64,000 nt of DNA from a virus. Lineage: Duplodnaviria > Heunggongvirae > Uroviricota > Caudoviricetes. Shown one piece after another: positions 1 through 8,584 of this stretch. The stretch lies in IMG/VR virus record IMGVR_UViG_3300031413_000001; one strand, 5' to 3'. Numbering within the stretch: the stretch's first letter is position 1; the number at the start of each line of letters is the position of its first letter. The translations under genes and the position numbers were made by a program. A model generated the notes under the pieces. The model had not been told where the DNA came from, did no database searches, and worked only from the letters and a program-made list of their open reading frames with translations.

Positions 1-11
1 ATCGCCTATGC

Positions 12-197
12 GTGAGCAGTGCCCATATCATAAAGCCCAAGAGTATCGGCCTGGCGCCCTGGTACTTTTTAAGCGATGATGCCCTGTTGGTTCTTGGATC
101 GAGTGCATATCAACTCCGGTGCAGCTTCTATGATCATTGGCACTTGACCATTGATGATCGAAGCCGAGCGGCTCTTTTCAAGTTGAAGTTTCTATGA
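12..197 (+). CDS. FKLxW-family small protein (probably 5'-truncated by window edge)
   Basis: C-term IDDRSRAALFKLKFL matches family motif. Confidence 0.7.
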   Translation: MSSAHIIKPKSIGLAPWYFLSDDALLVLGSSAYQLRCSFYDHWHLTIDDRSRAALFKLKFL

Positions 198-218
198 CAG
201 TTTTTTACCGGTCATTGC

Positions 219-470
219 GTGATGATGCCTGTTCCTAATCCAGATAGCCAGGAACACCGCGGGACATGGCTTGACGAGATCTATGCCTGGCTTGCAACCA
301 TCGAGGGTGACTATGACCTAATGCTGGTCCGAACGGGTGCCATCTTGACTAAAGAGGATGTTCTCTCTGGCAGCAAGATGGGTCTTAGGACGATTGACGA
401 GCACATCATTTGGTTCTTTGCAGAAATGCGGGACGCCCAGCTGTTTAAGATGAGGTGGGCCAGTGAATAA
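219..470 (+). CDS. FKLxW-family small protein
   Basis: IYAWL helix; C-term FFAEMRDAQLFKMRW. Confidence 0.8.
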   Translation: MMMPVPNPDSQEHRGTWLDEIYAWLATIEGDYDLMLVRTGAILTKEDVLSGSKMGLRTIDEHIIWFFAEMRDAQLFKMRWASE

Positions 471-747
471 TCCCGGCGTCTTTGATGACGAAGACGAGAA
501 CGGATGGTCTTGCGCCAACATTGCCAACCAATGCGTGTGGTCCGTCGTGGATGAAAACGGCTTTCGTATCAAATCCCTGCATCTCAGGGAAGACGTCTTG
601 AGCTGGCTCATAGAACACGTTGGCCCCAAGAACACCATGAGGGAGATTGGAATGTGGAGAAACGACATTCCACTGCTGGTTACCGACACCAACTTCTACT
701 TCAAAGATCCCAACAAGGCACTCTTGTTCAAGTTGACTTGGGGCTAG
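463..747 (+). CDS. FKLxW-family small protein
   Basis: VLSWLIE; C-term FYFKDPNKALLFKLTWG. Confidence 0.85.
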   Translation: MNNPGVFDDEDENGWSCANIANQCVWSVVDENGFRIKSLHLREDVLSWLIEHVGPKNTMREIGMWRNDIPLLVTDTNFYFKDPNKALLFKLTWG

Positions 748-765
748 AGACTGCTAGGACGTGGC
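733..765 (+). promoter_or_regulatory. sigma70-type promoter, near-leaderless
   Basis: TTGACT(733)-N14-GCTAGG(753), ATG at 766; -35 lies in the Leu-Thr codons of upstream KLTW. Confidence 0.55.
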
Positions 766-1050
766 ATGGAATTTGAGGTCACAATCAACGTACCATACAG
801 CAATGACCGGGTGTGTCGGTACATTGAATGGAAAGAGTACCTGAGGACCAACCACAGCGCCACAAAGTTTCCCGATGGATATGAAATCCGCGATGAAGTG
901 TGGGACTGGTGCGAGGAAAACCTGCAGGGCTACTGGCGACAGTGGAACAACAATTTACCCAAGGGTGATCCAGCACGTGGTCGGATCATTGGCTTCTCGG
1001 ATGCCAACGCGGCCATGCTATTCAAGCTTCGCTGGTGTGGGAGCATCTAA
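766..1050 (+). CDS. FKLxW-family small protein
   Basis: VWDWCEE; C-term IGFSDANAAMLFKLRW. Confidence 0.85.
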   Translation: MEFEVTINVPYSNDRVCRYIEWKEYLRTNHSATKFPDGYEIRDEVWDWCEENLQGYWRQWNNNLPKGDPARGRIIGFSDANAAMLFKLRWCGSI

Positions 1051-1286
1051 TGCCCAACGCCTATATTCGCATGATCCAAGCCGACTATCCCCACGAGGTT
1101 GGTCTTCCAGAGTATGACATGACGCTTGAGGCAAGGGCGGATGCCTGGCTTCACATGAACGCCGTTGATTACATGGATTACTTTCAAGAAGTTGGCGACC
1201 TCAGGGTATATTGTTTCCGGGAGGCTTCATGGGCGACCATGTTCAAGTTGAGCTTTTATGGCCTGAACTCTTCGGAGAACCCGTGA
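1050..1286 (+). CDS. FKLxW-family small protein
   Basis: ATG overlaps upstream TAA, GGGAG SD; YCFREASWATMFKLSF. Confidence 0.8.
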   Translation: MPNAYIRMIQADYPHEVGLPEYDMTLEARADAWLHMNAVDYMDYFQEVGDLRVYCFREASWATMFKLSFYGLNSSENP

Positions 1287-1564
1287 ATTACGAGGTAGCA
1301 GTCCACTTTGCCAACAACGGTGTCTTTGGTCCCAAGCGACTCAAGACCCGTCTTCTAACCGAAAAAGTAGAACGGTGGCTAGACGCCCATGGTGGTGATT
1401 GGGGGCTGGTAAATTGGTATCGTCCCTATGTAGGTCATGGGGAATTTGGTCCCGAGCCGGGCATGGAGCACGTGGGGCGGATATTTCAGTTCGGAGAGCG
1501 CCGCACTGCCCAGTTGTTTCTTTTATGTTGGAATGCTTCAGGACACGCCAAAGAAGCTTCATAG
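1283..1564 (+). CDS. FKLxW-family small protein
   Basis: GTGA overlap start; VERWLD; FQFGERRTAQLFLLCW. Confidence 0.75.
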   Translation: MNYEVAVHFANNGVFGPKRLKTRLLTEKVERWLDAHGGDWGLVNWYRPYVGHGEFGPEPGMEHVGRIFQFGERRTAQLFLLCWNASGHAKEAS

Positions 1565-1810
1565 ATACCAATTTAAGTAAAACCGCTGTGCGGCACTGCG
1601 ATTTTGAAAATATACGCAGAAACGATCCTGCTGCACTATTAGAAGATAATCCCATCCACGAATGCCATAAGAGAGCAGCACCTCTGTCAGCTGATCTACC
1701 AATATGTCTCTTTGGGATAGGTTGTGGAAGAAGTGACCACGAAAGCTGTAGGGCAGTTCCATGTAGTGGCTGAAGTAGTATTCAAGCCTGCGGTCTAGAT
1801 ACTGAAACAT
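1559..1810 (-). CDS. FKLxW-family small protein (divergent)
   Basis: VYFQNRSAAQRFYLNW. Confidence 0.65.
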   Translation of the reverse strand: MFQYLDRRLEYYFSHYMELPYSFRGHFFHNLSQRDILVDQLTEVLLSYGIRGWDYLLIVQQDRFCVYFQNRSAAQRFYLNWYL

Positions 1811-2025
1811 AGTTTGAAATATACAGCCTTACTCAAGTCTGTAAACCACACTTCATAGATTCCAGTCTCAAAACTCTCACGACCAACAATCCAGTCCTCA
1901 TATTCCTGCCATTTTTGTTCCAAGAGCCAGAGGCGAACTTGGTAATGGTGCATGGAACTCTTGACCATAGGCAACTGCACCCTGATCGATCTGGTTTGCC
2001 GGGGATATTCAAAAAGGTCATCCAC
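1795..2025 (-). CDS. FKLxW-family small protein
   Basis: VRLWLLE; VWFTDLSKAVYFKLCF. Confidence 0.8.
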   Translation of the reverse strand: MDDLFEYPRQTRSIRVQLPMVKSSMHHYQVRLWLLEQKWQEYEDWIVGRESFETGIYEVWFTDLSKAVYFKLCFSI

Positions 2026-2085
2026 AGCCTATTTAATGGGTGGAAAATCTCCTTAAATATTCTGTACCCCAAAAGGAGATCGATC

Positions 2086-2526
2086 ATGACCCAGCTTACA
2101 CCGCATTTTAGTTTGGCCGAGATGACCGTTACCGGAACGGGTATCAAGAATGTTCCCAACGCCGCGCAGTTGGCAAACTTGACTCACACTGCTCAGATGA
2201 TGGAAAAGGTCCGTGCAATTCTTGGCACACCAATCAGCGTCAATAGTGGCTTCCGTTGTGATGCAGTAAACCGTGCCGTTGGTGGCGTGGTAACTTCCGC
2301 TCACAGCTTTGGCTTTGGTGTTGACTTCGTGAGCCCTGACTTTGGAACGCCCTATGAGGTTTGTGCCGCGCTGATCAAGGGTGGTCTAAAGTTCGACCAG
2401 CTCATTCACGAAAAGCGCCGTTGGGTCCACATTGGCTTTGGTCTCAAGGGAGGCATCAGCCACCGTCAGCAGGTCTTGACTCTTCCACCAGCAGGCGGCC
2501 GTTACCTGCCTGGTCTGGTCAAGTAA
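2086..2526 (+). CDS. Peptidase M15A-type endolysin
   Basis: LTPHFSLAEM, SGFRC..VN..VGG...SAH..G..VD, WVHIG zinc-peptidase motifs; AGGAG SD and TAAATA upstream. Confidence 0.9.
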   Translation: MTQLTPHFSLAEMTVTGTGIKNVPNAAQLANLTHTAQMMEKVRAILGTPISVNSGFRCDAVNRAVGGVVTSAHSFGFGVDFVSPDFGTPYEVCAALIKGGLKFDQLIHEKRRWVHIGFGLKGGISHRQQVLTLPPAGGRYLPGLVK

Positions 2527-2952
2527 TTACTTCGTAGTTTTTTCGGGAGGCTGAAGGGACCAAGTGCCCTTCAGCTTTCTACTCTTGGCCTTGACGAGCG
2601 TTCTCGTAATACCAAACGCCACTGGCGGAACCTCTGGCTTCTTTGCGCCACCCCATGCCAGCTTGAACATCGTGACATTCTTCATATCACGAAACCAGAT
2701 CTTAGCTTGCCTTCCAACCGCGAAGTCGCTGGCTTGTCCACACTTTTCCAGCTTGTAACGGCCTCCACTTTCCTGGAGCCAATCCCTTATGGGTTTTGCC
2801 CAGCGGTATTCCTCGAAGCCACCAGTCCATCGTGCGCTCGAGACATCACCCTGATTGAGCTTTCGCTGATAGAACTCTTCCAGCCATTCTCCCTGAACAC
2901 TGATATAGGGAAGTCCCAGCCATTTGCGCCACTTGACTTCTTCAATCAGCAT
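2527..2952 (-). CDS. FKLxW-family protein with C-terminal major-capsid-like peptide
   Basis: IWFRDMKNVTMFKLAWGG then VAFGITRTLVKAKSRKLKGTWS; GGAGG SD before ATG 2952. Confidence 0.8.
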   Translation of the reverse strand: MLIEEVKWRKWLGLPYISVQGEWLEEFYQRKLNQGDVSSARWTGGFEEYRWAKPIRDWLQESGGRYKLEKCGQASDFAVGRQAKIWFRDMKNVTMFKLAWGGAKKPEVPPVAFGITRTLVKAKSRKLKGTWSLQPPEKTTK

Positions 2953-3232
2953 TCTGTCCTCCAAAGGTCAGCTTGAACAACATGGCCAGGTTGTCGTTTT
3001 CTTTGATCAAAAAGAAAGCGCGAAAGCTGCTGGGGTTGACGTATGCGTCCCAAAGCACGTCTTCCATATAGATACGAGTAGCATCAAAGGCCACATCGCC
3101 ATGTTCGTTGGTACGGGGCTTGCTTTTCCATCCGGGCTCACCCAGACGCTCTGCGAGCCATCGGCCAGCGCGATCTATGCACTCGGCGTTGACTGGCACC
3201 TCAATGGTGTGAATGGTAGCTTCTAGATCCAT
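2942..3232 (-). CDS. FKLxW-family small protein
   Basis: ENDNLAMLFKLTFGG. Confidence 0.85.
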   Translation of the reverse strand: MDLEATIHTIEVPVNAECIDRAGRWLAERLGEPGWKSKPRTNEHGDVAFDATRIYMEDVLWDAYVNPSSFRAFFLIKENDNLAMLFKLTFGGQNAD

Positions 3233-3507
3233 GTCAGCTTGTATAGCACGGCAGCTTTGGAATCATAGAGTCGAATCATAAGCCTCCAGGAATAGACTTG
3301 TTCGCCATACTGACTGAGATCCGTGGAGGCATGAACAAACCTGCCATTGTAGGAGAAGTTGTGCTGGTCTAGCCAGTCCTTCATTTCCTGATCGAATAAA
3401 CGACTGGCATCATCCTCAGCCCGCCAACTGAGATCCCGATAGAGCTTTTTATTAGGAAGCGGAAAATCCCAATAGCTAGGCCCAGGTGAGTTTGAACAAC
3501 ATTGCAT
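3223..3507 (-). CDS. FKLxW-family small protein
   Basis: MKDWLDQ; LYDSKAAVLYKLTW; start uncertain. Confidence 0.75.
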   Translation of the reverse strand: MQCCSNSPGPSYWDFPLPNKKLYRDLSWRAEDDASRLFDQEMKDWLDQHNFSYNGRFVHASTDLSQYGEQVYSWRLMIRLYDSKAAVLYKLTWI

Positions 3508-3724
3508 CGGAAACTCTCTTAAAGTGAAATTCCAAACTTGTCATCCCATAATCTTCGAACATCCAACATTCGCCATGTTCCCAGTCCACACCCCATGCGC
3601 CAATGTTTTCTTGGATCCAGTCCCAGCACTCGTCCGAGAGACTGTCGTCGAAGCCGTGTTCATCTATAATGCAGACGCGGCTCTTGGGTATCACGACCCG
3701 AACGCCGTCAAGCCTCCTCGCCAT
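3476..3724 (-). CDS. FKLxW-family small protein
   Basis: CWDWIQE; FHFKRVSDAMLFKLTW. Confidence 0.85.
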   Translation of the reverse strand: MARRLDGVRVVIPKSRVCIIDEHGFDDSLSDECWDWIQENIGAWGVDWEHGECWMFEDYGMTSLEFHFKRVSDAMLFKLTWA

Positions 3725-4073
3725 CGCCCACCTGTGGAATTGCACTCGTGATCGTCAGTGGAATATAGGGGCAGTAAAAGGCCGTGATCTCCGGCATCAC
3801 TACTATCTGGATATCGGCGTGATCGTGCCAGGCTAACTTGAACAATTGAAAGACACTGGGGTCCTCAATCCAGATAGCCCTGCCTTTATCCATCCATGCC
3901 GTTCCCCATCGACCGGGACAGGTGTTGTCCATCCATTCGGCAAGAAAAGGTAAGATGCGGGGATTGGCACGAATATGCGTGGGCACTTCAGCATCAATGG
4001 CTTCCCAGGCAAAGAACATTTCTCCATCGCTGGGAACAATATACCACTGATGATGTTTCTCGATGAGTTTCAT
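3708..4073 (-). CDS. FKLxW-family protein with C-terminal major-capsid-like peptide
   Basis: WIEDPSVFQLFKLAW then AFYCPYIPL. Confidence 0.8.
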   Translation of the reverse strand: MKLIEKHHQWYIVPSDGEMFFAWEAIDAEVPTHIRANPRILPFLAEWMDNTCPGRWGTAWMDKGRAIWIEDPSVFQLFKLAWHDHADIQIVVMPEITAFYCPYIPLTITSAIPQVGDGEEA

Positions 4074-4510
4074 CAGCCGCACGCCAACTTAAACATCACC
4101 GCGTGTTCCTTGCTGTAGAAGGTCCACGTACACTCATAGACCGCAGAGGGAACAGGTTGAAGCTGTGGTATTGGATATCCATTACTGGAGTAATGTTGGG
4201 GCGAGTAATTGTTATAGTTGATTCCTGTTTGAAGACTTCCAACCAGATGAGCGTGTTCTCGAACCTGGGTGTTGTATTCCTCAATCTTCATGATATCCCT
4301 GAGATTATCCTGATATTCAGGCTCAACGGATCTCAGATGACGAAGGCAATCATTCTCGCCCATCCACCGAAATGCCGTGAGGAGTTTTTCCTCGCCGGGG
4401 ATCATAACATCAAAGATTGTGCCATCGTCATTCTGAAATGTGAAGCGGCTACGAGTTGCTGCTTTCAACGGACCAGAGAATTTAACGTCGAAGTGTTCCA
4501 GGATACGCAT
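4073..4510 (-). CDS. FKLxW-family protein
   Basis: WTFYSKEHAVMFKLACG. Confidence 0.8.
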   Translation of the reverse strand: MRILEHFDVKFSGPLKAATRSRFTFQNDDGTIFDVMIPGEEKLLTAFRWMGENDCLRHLRSVEPEYQDNLRDIMKIEEYNTQVREHAHLVGSLQTGINYNNYSPQHYSSNGYPIPQLQPVPSAVYECTWTFYSKEHAVMFKLACG

Positions 4511-4525
4511 TAACCCATTATGGGG

Positions 4526-4759
4526 TCAGCGGCCTCCAAAAGTCAATTTGAACAAGACAGCCGTGGCATTATCGGGAAGGTTGAACATCACCTGCCATCG
4601 ACTGTGATCGCGACCCAACATCCAGGTGACTTTGTCACTGACTGGCGGTGCGTTGTCGGCAAGCCAGTCCATGATGTCTGGATTGACGTGGACCTTCACC
4701 GATCCATTGCTTGAAGAATGGGCACAGGTCTTAAAGGGCAGAACGACGTTGACGCTCAT
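4526..4759 (-). CDS. FKLxW-family small protein
   Basis: IMDWLAD; DNATAVLFKLTFGG. Confidence 0.85.
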   Translation of the reverse strand: MSVNVVLPFKTCAHSSSNGSVKVHVNPDIMDWLADNAPPVSDKVTWMLGRDHSRWQVMFNLPDNATAVLFKLTFGGR

Positions 4760-5091
4760 GACCAAGTCAGCTTGAATAACATGGCGTGTTGCTTTTCCCG
4801 GAATACCAGTATCGCTCCAAGATCTGGACTATTGCCCACTTTATAGCCAGGAGCATATTGTTCCATCCAGGGATAAAGCTCACTGGCACGCCACTTGCTA
4901 TCAAAATGATCTCGGAAAAGCTGCTGGAGGTTTTCCTGTGGGCTGTTGCGGGCTTCCTGATCTTTTCGGGTAAGACGTTCCTCAGGGGTCTCGCGACCGC
5001 GCAGAACAAAGGAATTCTCAGGAATACACTTCTCGACGATTACTTTGAGTGGATTACCGCAATCCCAGACCATTTTATAGCTAGTCTGCAA
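4756..5091 (-). CDS. FKLxW-family protein
   Basis: LVFREKQHAMLFKLTWS. Confidence 0.85.
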   Translation of the reverse strand: MQTSYKMVWDCGNPLKVIVEKCIPENSFVLRGRETPEERLTRKDQEARNSPQENLQQLFRDHFDSKWRASELYPWMEQYAPGYKVGNSPDLGAILVFREKQHAMLFKLTWS

Positions 5092-5344
5092 TCAACTTGC
5101 TCCTGATCTCCGCAGTCCGCTGGGAGATAAGGTCGATCATCTTCATGGTGACCTGTACGTCGTTGTCCACCAGCCACCGGAGATCGTCCTCGTGGCTCTT
5201 TTCCAGATGACGGTGCATTGCTTCAATGCCTTCTGGCGGAGGACCCATTCGAGCGCAGACCTGATCGGCCAGCTGATGAAAGAGCTCCGCTCGCTTGATG
5301 ATCGAGACGTAAAAGAGATTTCGCATCACACGCTGGTCGGCCAC
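5081..5344 (-). CDS. hypothetical protein
   Basis: GTG start with GGAGG SD, coupled in array; lacks family motif. Confidence 0.6.
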   Translation of the reverse strand: MADQRVMRNLFYVSIIKRAELFHQLADQVCARMGPPPEGIEAMHRHLEKSHEDDLRWLVDNDVQVTMKMIDLISQRTAEIRSKLIAD

Positions 5345-5598
5345 TACAATCCTCCCCAAGTCAGTTTGAATAACATGACCTTATCCAGATCACAACCCTC
5401 TAGAAATGATATCATCACGCTATCTGTGCTGTCGTTGAATCCCCACACGGTGTTCATGGACACCACAGTTGCCAGCGGTTCGGCTGTGACATCATAGAGC
5501 TTTCGCTCCACTCCATCATCGTCCTTGACTAGCTTCCAGGGAAACCTATCTGTGGGTATGAAGATGGTTGTGATGATCACATTATCCCGAATAGTCAT
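5344..5598 (-). CDS. FKLxW-family small protein
   Basis: ATGA overlap; DLDKVMLFKLTWGG. Confidence 0.85.
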   Translation of the reverse strand: MTIRDNVIITTIFIPTDRFPWKLVKDDDGVERKLYDVTAEPLATVVSMNTVWGFNDSTDSVMISFLEGCDLDKVMLFKLTWGGL

Positions 5599-5882
5599 CG
5601 ACCACCCCATGCAAGTTTGAACATCATCGCCTTCGCGGGGTCTTTGAACTTGAAGTGAAGGAATTTTGCCGGACCGTTCTGGCGATCACCAGTTGCCAGA
5701 TACATGGGATCAATAGAACTCTCGCTGGCCCTCAGATAAAAGGCAGCTTTCCGGCTCCATGTATAATCCGTCATATCGCTGGCCTGTTGGCCTACATTCT
5801 GCACCAGCCAGTCGTGCATGACGAGGCGGAGGCCGTAGCCATCCCAAATCTCATCATTGACCTTGATGCAGATGTGCGTCAC
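5595..5882 (-). CDS. FKLxW-family small protein
   Basis: GTGA overlap; FKFKDPAKAMMFKLAWGG. Confidence 0.85.
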   Translation of the reverse strand: MTHICIKVNDEIWDGYGLRLVMHDWLVQNVGQQASDMTDYTWSRKAAFYLRASESSIDPMYLATGDRQNGPAKFLHFKFKDPAKAMMFKLAWGGR

Positions 5883-6160
5883 CGACCACCCCAAGAAAGT
5901 TTGCAGAGCATGGCATGACTGGGTCGATAGAAGAAGATAAAGAGACCCTTGTTATCCTCATCCTTGGTGGTGGTCCAAAGAATACCCAGCGGTCCGGCCG
6001 TGTCGTGTAGCCACTTTTGAAAGTCGGCGGTTGGATTGCGATGCCGTATGTAGCTGAATCCTTTGGACGTGGAAACATTCACACTCTCAAATGCCGGACT
6101 GTCATAGGATATGAATACCCTATGGCCCTGTTCAACAAGTGGATCCGCTAGACGTTTCAT
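5879..6160 (-). CDS. FKLxW-family small protein
   Basis: FFYRPSHAMLCKLSWGG. Confidence 0.85.
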   Translation of the reverse strand: MKRLADPLVEQGHRVFISYDSPAFESVNVSTSKGFSYIRHRNPTADFQKWLHDTAGPLGILWTTTKDEDNKGLFIFFYRPSHAMLCKLSWGGR

Positions 6161-6194
6161 AGAACCGTGTTAGCACCAGAACTTCCAGTGTCAA
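6161..6194 (-). promoter_or_regulatory. sigma70-type promoter, near-leaderless
   Basis: TTGACA-N14-GCTAAC-N8-ATG; no SD. Confidence 0.65.
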
Positions 6195-6195
6195 G

Positions 6196-6486
6196 CTATT
6201 TGAATGTGAGCTTGAACATCAGAGCGTGGTTTCTATCTTCAAAGCAATAGCAGATGTATTTGTTACTGGTCACCGCATTGTGGTACCAACTCCCCTCCTC
6301 GGGGGATTCTGGATCACGAAAATAGAAGCTGTTGTACTGGTCATCACCAACGTTGTTGGCAACCAGCCACTCATCAATGTCATCACGAAGAACCTGAGTG
6401 CTCTCACACCAGATGCTGCCAGGCAATTTCAGATATACGATGTGATAGTTGTCCTCGCCATTGGACTCTTCTGACAAATTGAACAT
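6196..6486 (-). CDS. FKLxW-family small protein
   Basis: IDEWLV; YCFEDRNHALMFKLTF. Confidence 0.85.
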   Translation of the reverse strand: MFNLSEESNGEDNYHIVYLKLPGSIWCESTQVLRDDIDEWLVANNVGDDQYNSFYFRDPESPEEGSWYHNAVTSNKYICYCFEDRNHALMFKLTFK

Positions 6487-6520
6487 CGCTCCTCCTACCT
6501 TTTGGGTAGCAGGAGTGCTT

Positions 6521-6814
6521 TCAAAAGTTCAATTTATAAAACCACAACAATTTGAACAACGCTGCTTCATTGCGATTACGAAACGCAAACGTGTAAGCGG
6601 TTGTTTTCCTTGGATACGTCTGGTATTTGTTCTTCTGATCCAAGAAGAAACCATCTTCATACTGGTGTACAAACCAATCAGTGGATTGGGGACCATCATC
6701 ATATAACCAATTGATGGAGTCAATCAGACGATCATATATGGGATCCTCGTGCCAGACACCAGGCACGGTCACGTGGTAGGGGAGAGCAGCCAATCGCTGC
6801 TGGGCATTCTTCAT
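6521..6814 (-). CDS. FKLxW-family small protein
   Basis: FAFRNRNEAALFKLLW. Confidence 0.85.
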   Translation of the reverse strand: MKNAQQRLAALPYHVTVPGVWHEDPIYDRLIDSINWLYDDGPQSTDWFVHQYEDGFFLDQKNKYQTYPRKTTAYTFAFRNRNEAALFKLLWFYKLNF

Positions 6815-7029
6815 CCCCATACCAACTTGAAGGCAACGGCCTTTCGAGCATCATCAAAGATAAACCGCCAACCTAATGGATCACCACCGGGCTTATCACA
6901 GATGATCTCCAGCGAGTAATCAAAATTCTTATTCCAGCTTTGATCAGTCAGCCACTGGAATAATTCAAAATCATTACCTTCGCGGGGGTAGATATCAACG
7001 ATCTTGCAGAATGGATACTCGGTACTCAC
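6811..7029 (-). CDS. FKLxW-family small protein
   Basis: FIFDDARKAVAFKLVWG. Confidence 0.85.
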   Translation of the reverse strand: MSTEYPFCKIVDIYPREGNDFELFQWLTDQSWNKNFDYSLEIICDKPGGDPLGWRFIFDDARKAVAFKLVWG

Positions 7030-7235
7030 ATGCCACCCAGTGTGAGTTTGACGATCAGGGCCTTGTTGGCATCGTGAAACCAGAAGCTAAGATAGTCCAG
7101 CTTTCCGCCGTGCATGTCAATCTGCCAGTCACGTTCCGCTTTGAGCTTGTTTTCATGCAGCCAGTCGATCGAATTGTCGCCATAGGGATCCTTGGCCCAG
7201 CTGATCTTTACCTCGTAGATGAATTGCTTTCTCAC
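7026..7235 (-). CDS. FKLxW-family small protein
   Basis: FWFHDANKALIVKLTLGG. Confidence 0.8.
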   Translation of the reverse strand: MRKQFIYEVKISWAKDPYGDNSIDWLHENKLKAERDWQIDMHGGKLDYLSFWFHDANKALIVKLTLGGM

Positions 7236-7477
7236 ACGCCGCTCCAGGCTAACTTGAACAGCATGGCTTTCTTGGGATCCGCGAAGCCAAAGTGAGCGCA
7301 GCCATCAATGCGGAGTATCCGCCAGGAACCTTTCCAGCCCCACTTGCTGCTGTAGATCATTTCCTTTCCCACGTGGGCTAACAACCAGGCTTTTACCTCG
7401 TCGCTGGCCCGCATAACAAAGGGTTCGTCGTTCCATGCCCAGATGTGGTCATCGGATTTAACAAAGGTATGACTCAC
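7232..7477 (-). CDS. FKLxW-family small protein
   Basis: GTGA overlap start; FGFADPKKAMLFKLAW. Confidence 0.85.
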   Translation of the reverse strand: MSHTFVKSDDHIWAWNDEPFVMRASDEVKAWLLAHVGKEMIYSSKWGWKGSWRILRIDGCAHFGFADPKKAMLFKLAWSGV

Positions 7478-7806
7478 CGTCCGCCCCACGTCATCTTGAA
7501 GCGGACGGCTTCGCTGGACAATTTGAACAAAAATATCAGACATGCAGAGTTATCATCTTTCCCCACTTGGGTAAAGGAGGTCAGCGATGCCGGTTCCCTC
7601 TTGACTGCGAAGCCCTGTTTGATATGGGCCCTGCACCAAGTTTCCAGAAACAACAGAACGGATGTGGACTTTAGATCGTCCAGAGGTGTGGCCATGTCCT
7701 CCCGTTCTTGATCGAACAGGTGAAACATGGTTCCCATCGTGATTGTAACAGGTGTCCAGCTTTCCAATTGCATCTCACGGTTGACCCTAGATAAGGCTTT
7801 GAACAT
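7474..7806 (-). CDS. FKLxW-family protein
   Basis: FLFKLSSEAVRFKMTWGG. Confidence 0.85.
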   Translation of the reverse strand: MFKALSRVNREMQLESWTPVTITMGTMFHLFDQEREDMATPLDDLKSTSVLLFLETWCRAHIKQGFAVKREPASLTSFTQVGKDDNSACLIFLFKLSSEAVRFKMTWGGR

Positions 7807-8290
7807 GAGTACCTCCGAAAGTCAACTTGAACAACATGGCGATCCTGGCATCCTTGAACTCAAACCCCGTGGCGTTGAGGACTCCAGTCTCGGTTATATA
7901 GGGACCATAGCTGTAATCACCGGAGTTTGCCAAGTCATGCTCCTTGAACCATTTGGCAATGTCGGTGTTAGCTAGAGTTCCTTCACTGTAACGGATTCCT
8001 CTGACGATCACCACATGCTTGTGGGAGGGATTCCAGTCCGTGAAGTGGTTTTTGAATTTGGTACCCAGGACTTCATCGTTCCAGTGGAACAACGACCAGT
8101 GACCATCAATCGAAGCCCAGAGACGAAGGGGGCGGGTTTCTAGGGCATGGCTGTCAACGACCTCCTGGTCCCTTGTTCCCGCCCAAGCGTCATGGTCGTC
8201 CAGCCACTGGTCAAGTTGCTTTCCCAGCTTGGCCGCGAAGTTACCATAATCGATAACACAATACTGACGAGTGGAGATACAGACTAGCAT
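7787..8290 (-). CDS. FKLxW-family protein, probably two tandem domains
   Basis: internal FHWNDEVLGTKFKNHF and terminal FEFKDARIAMLFKLTFGG. Confidence 0.8.
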   Translation of the reverse strand: MLVCISTRQYCVIDYGNFAAKLGKQLDQWLDDHDAWAGTRDQEVVDSHALETRPLRLWASIDGHWSLFHWNDEVLGTKFKNHFTDWNPSHKHVVIVRGIRYSEGTLANTDIAKWFKEHDLANSGDYSYGPYITETGVLNATGFEFKDARIAMLFKLTFGGTHVQSLI

Positions 8291-8550
8291 CAGCGCCAAC
8301 CTCCAAAGGTCAGCTTGAAGTGAAGGGCGGTACCACGATCGCGAAAGGCCCAGGCCATCGTGACCTTCTTGCTGTAACCGGGCTTGCCGGTCTGGTGCTC
8401 AAAGCAAACAAAGTCCTTTTGGTAGACTAGGTTGCTTTCCTTGATCCACGCAATCATTTCCTCGCTGCGGGCCAACTGACGATCAGTGGGCAGATCAGGC
8501 AGTTCCAGCGCGGTGGGAAATTGGCGGTACTTGCTGTCGATCTGTTTCAT
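8290..8550 (-). CDS. FKLxW-family small protein
   Basis: WAFRDRGTALHFKLTFGG. Confidence 0.85.
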   Translation of the reverse strand: MKQIDSKYRQFPTALELPDLPTDRQLARSEEMIAWIKESNLVYQKDFVCFEHQTGKPGYSKKVTMAWAFRDRGTALHFKLTFGGWR

Positions 8551-8584
8551 AGAACTGGCTTAGCACCGCTCTACTCTATGTCAA
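8551..8584 (-). promoter_or_regulatory. sigma70-type promoter, near-leaderless
   Basis: TTGACA-N14-GCTAAG-N8-ATG, same layout as 6161-6194. Confidence 0.65.

Noticed and set aside
1915-2085. N-terminal extension of the endolysin in the ORF track
   Set aside because: SD and TAAATA support ATG 2086; the extension overlaps an opposite-strand gene.
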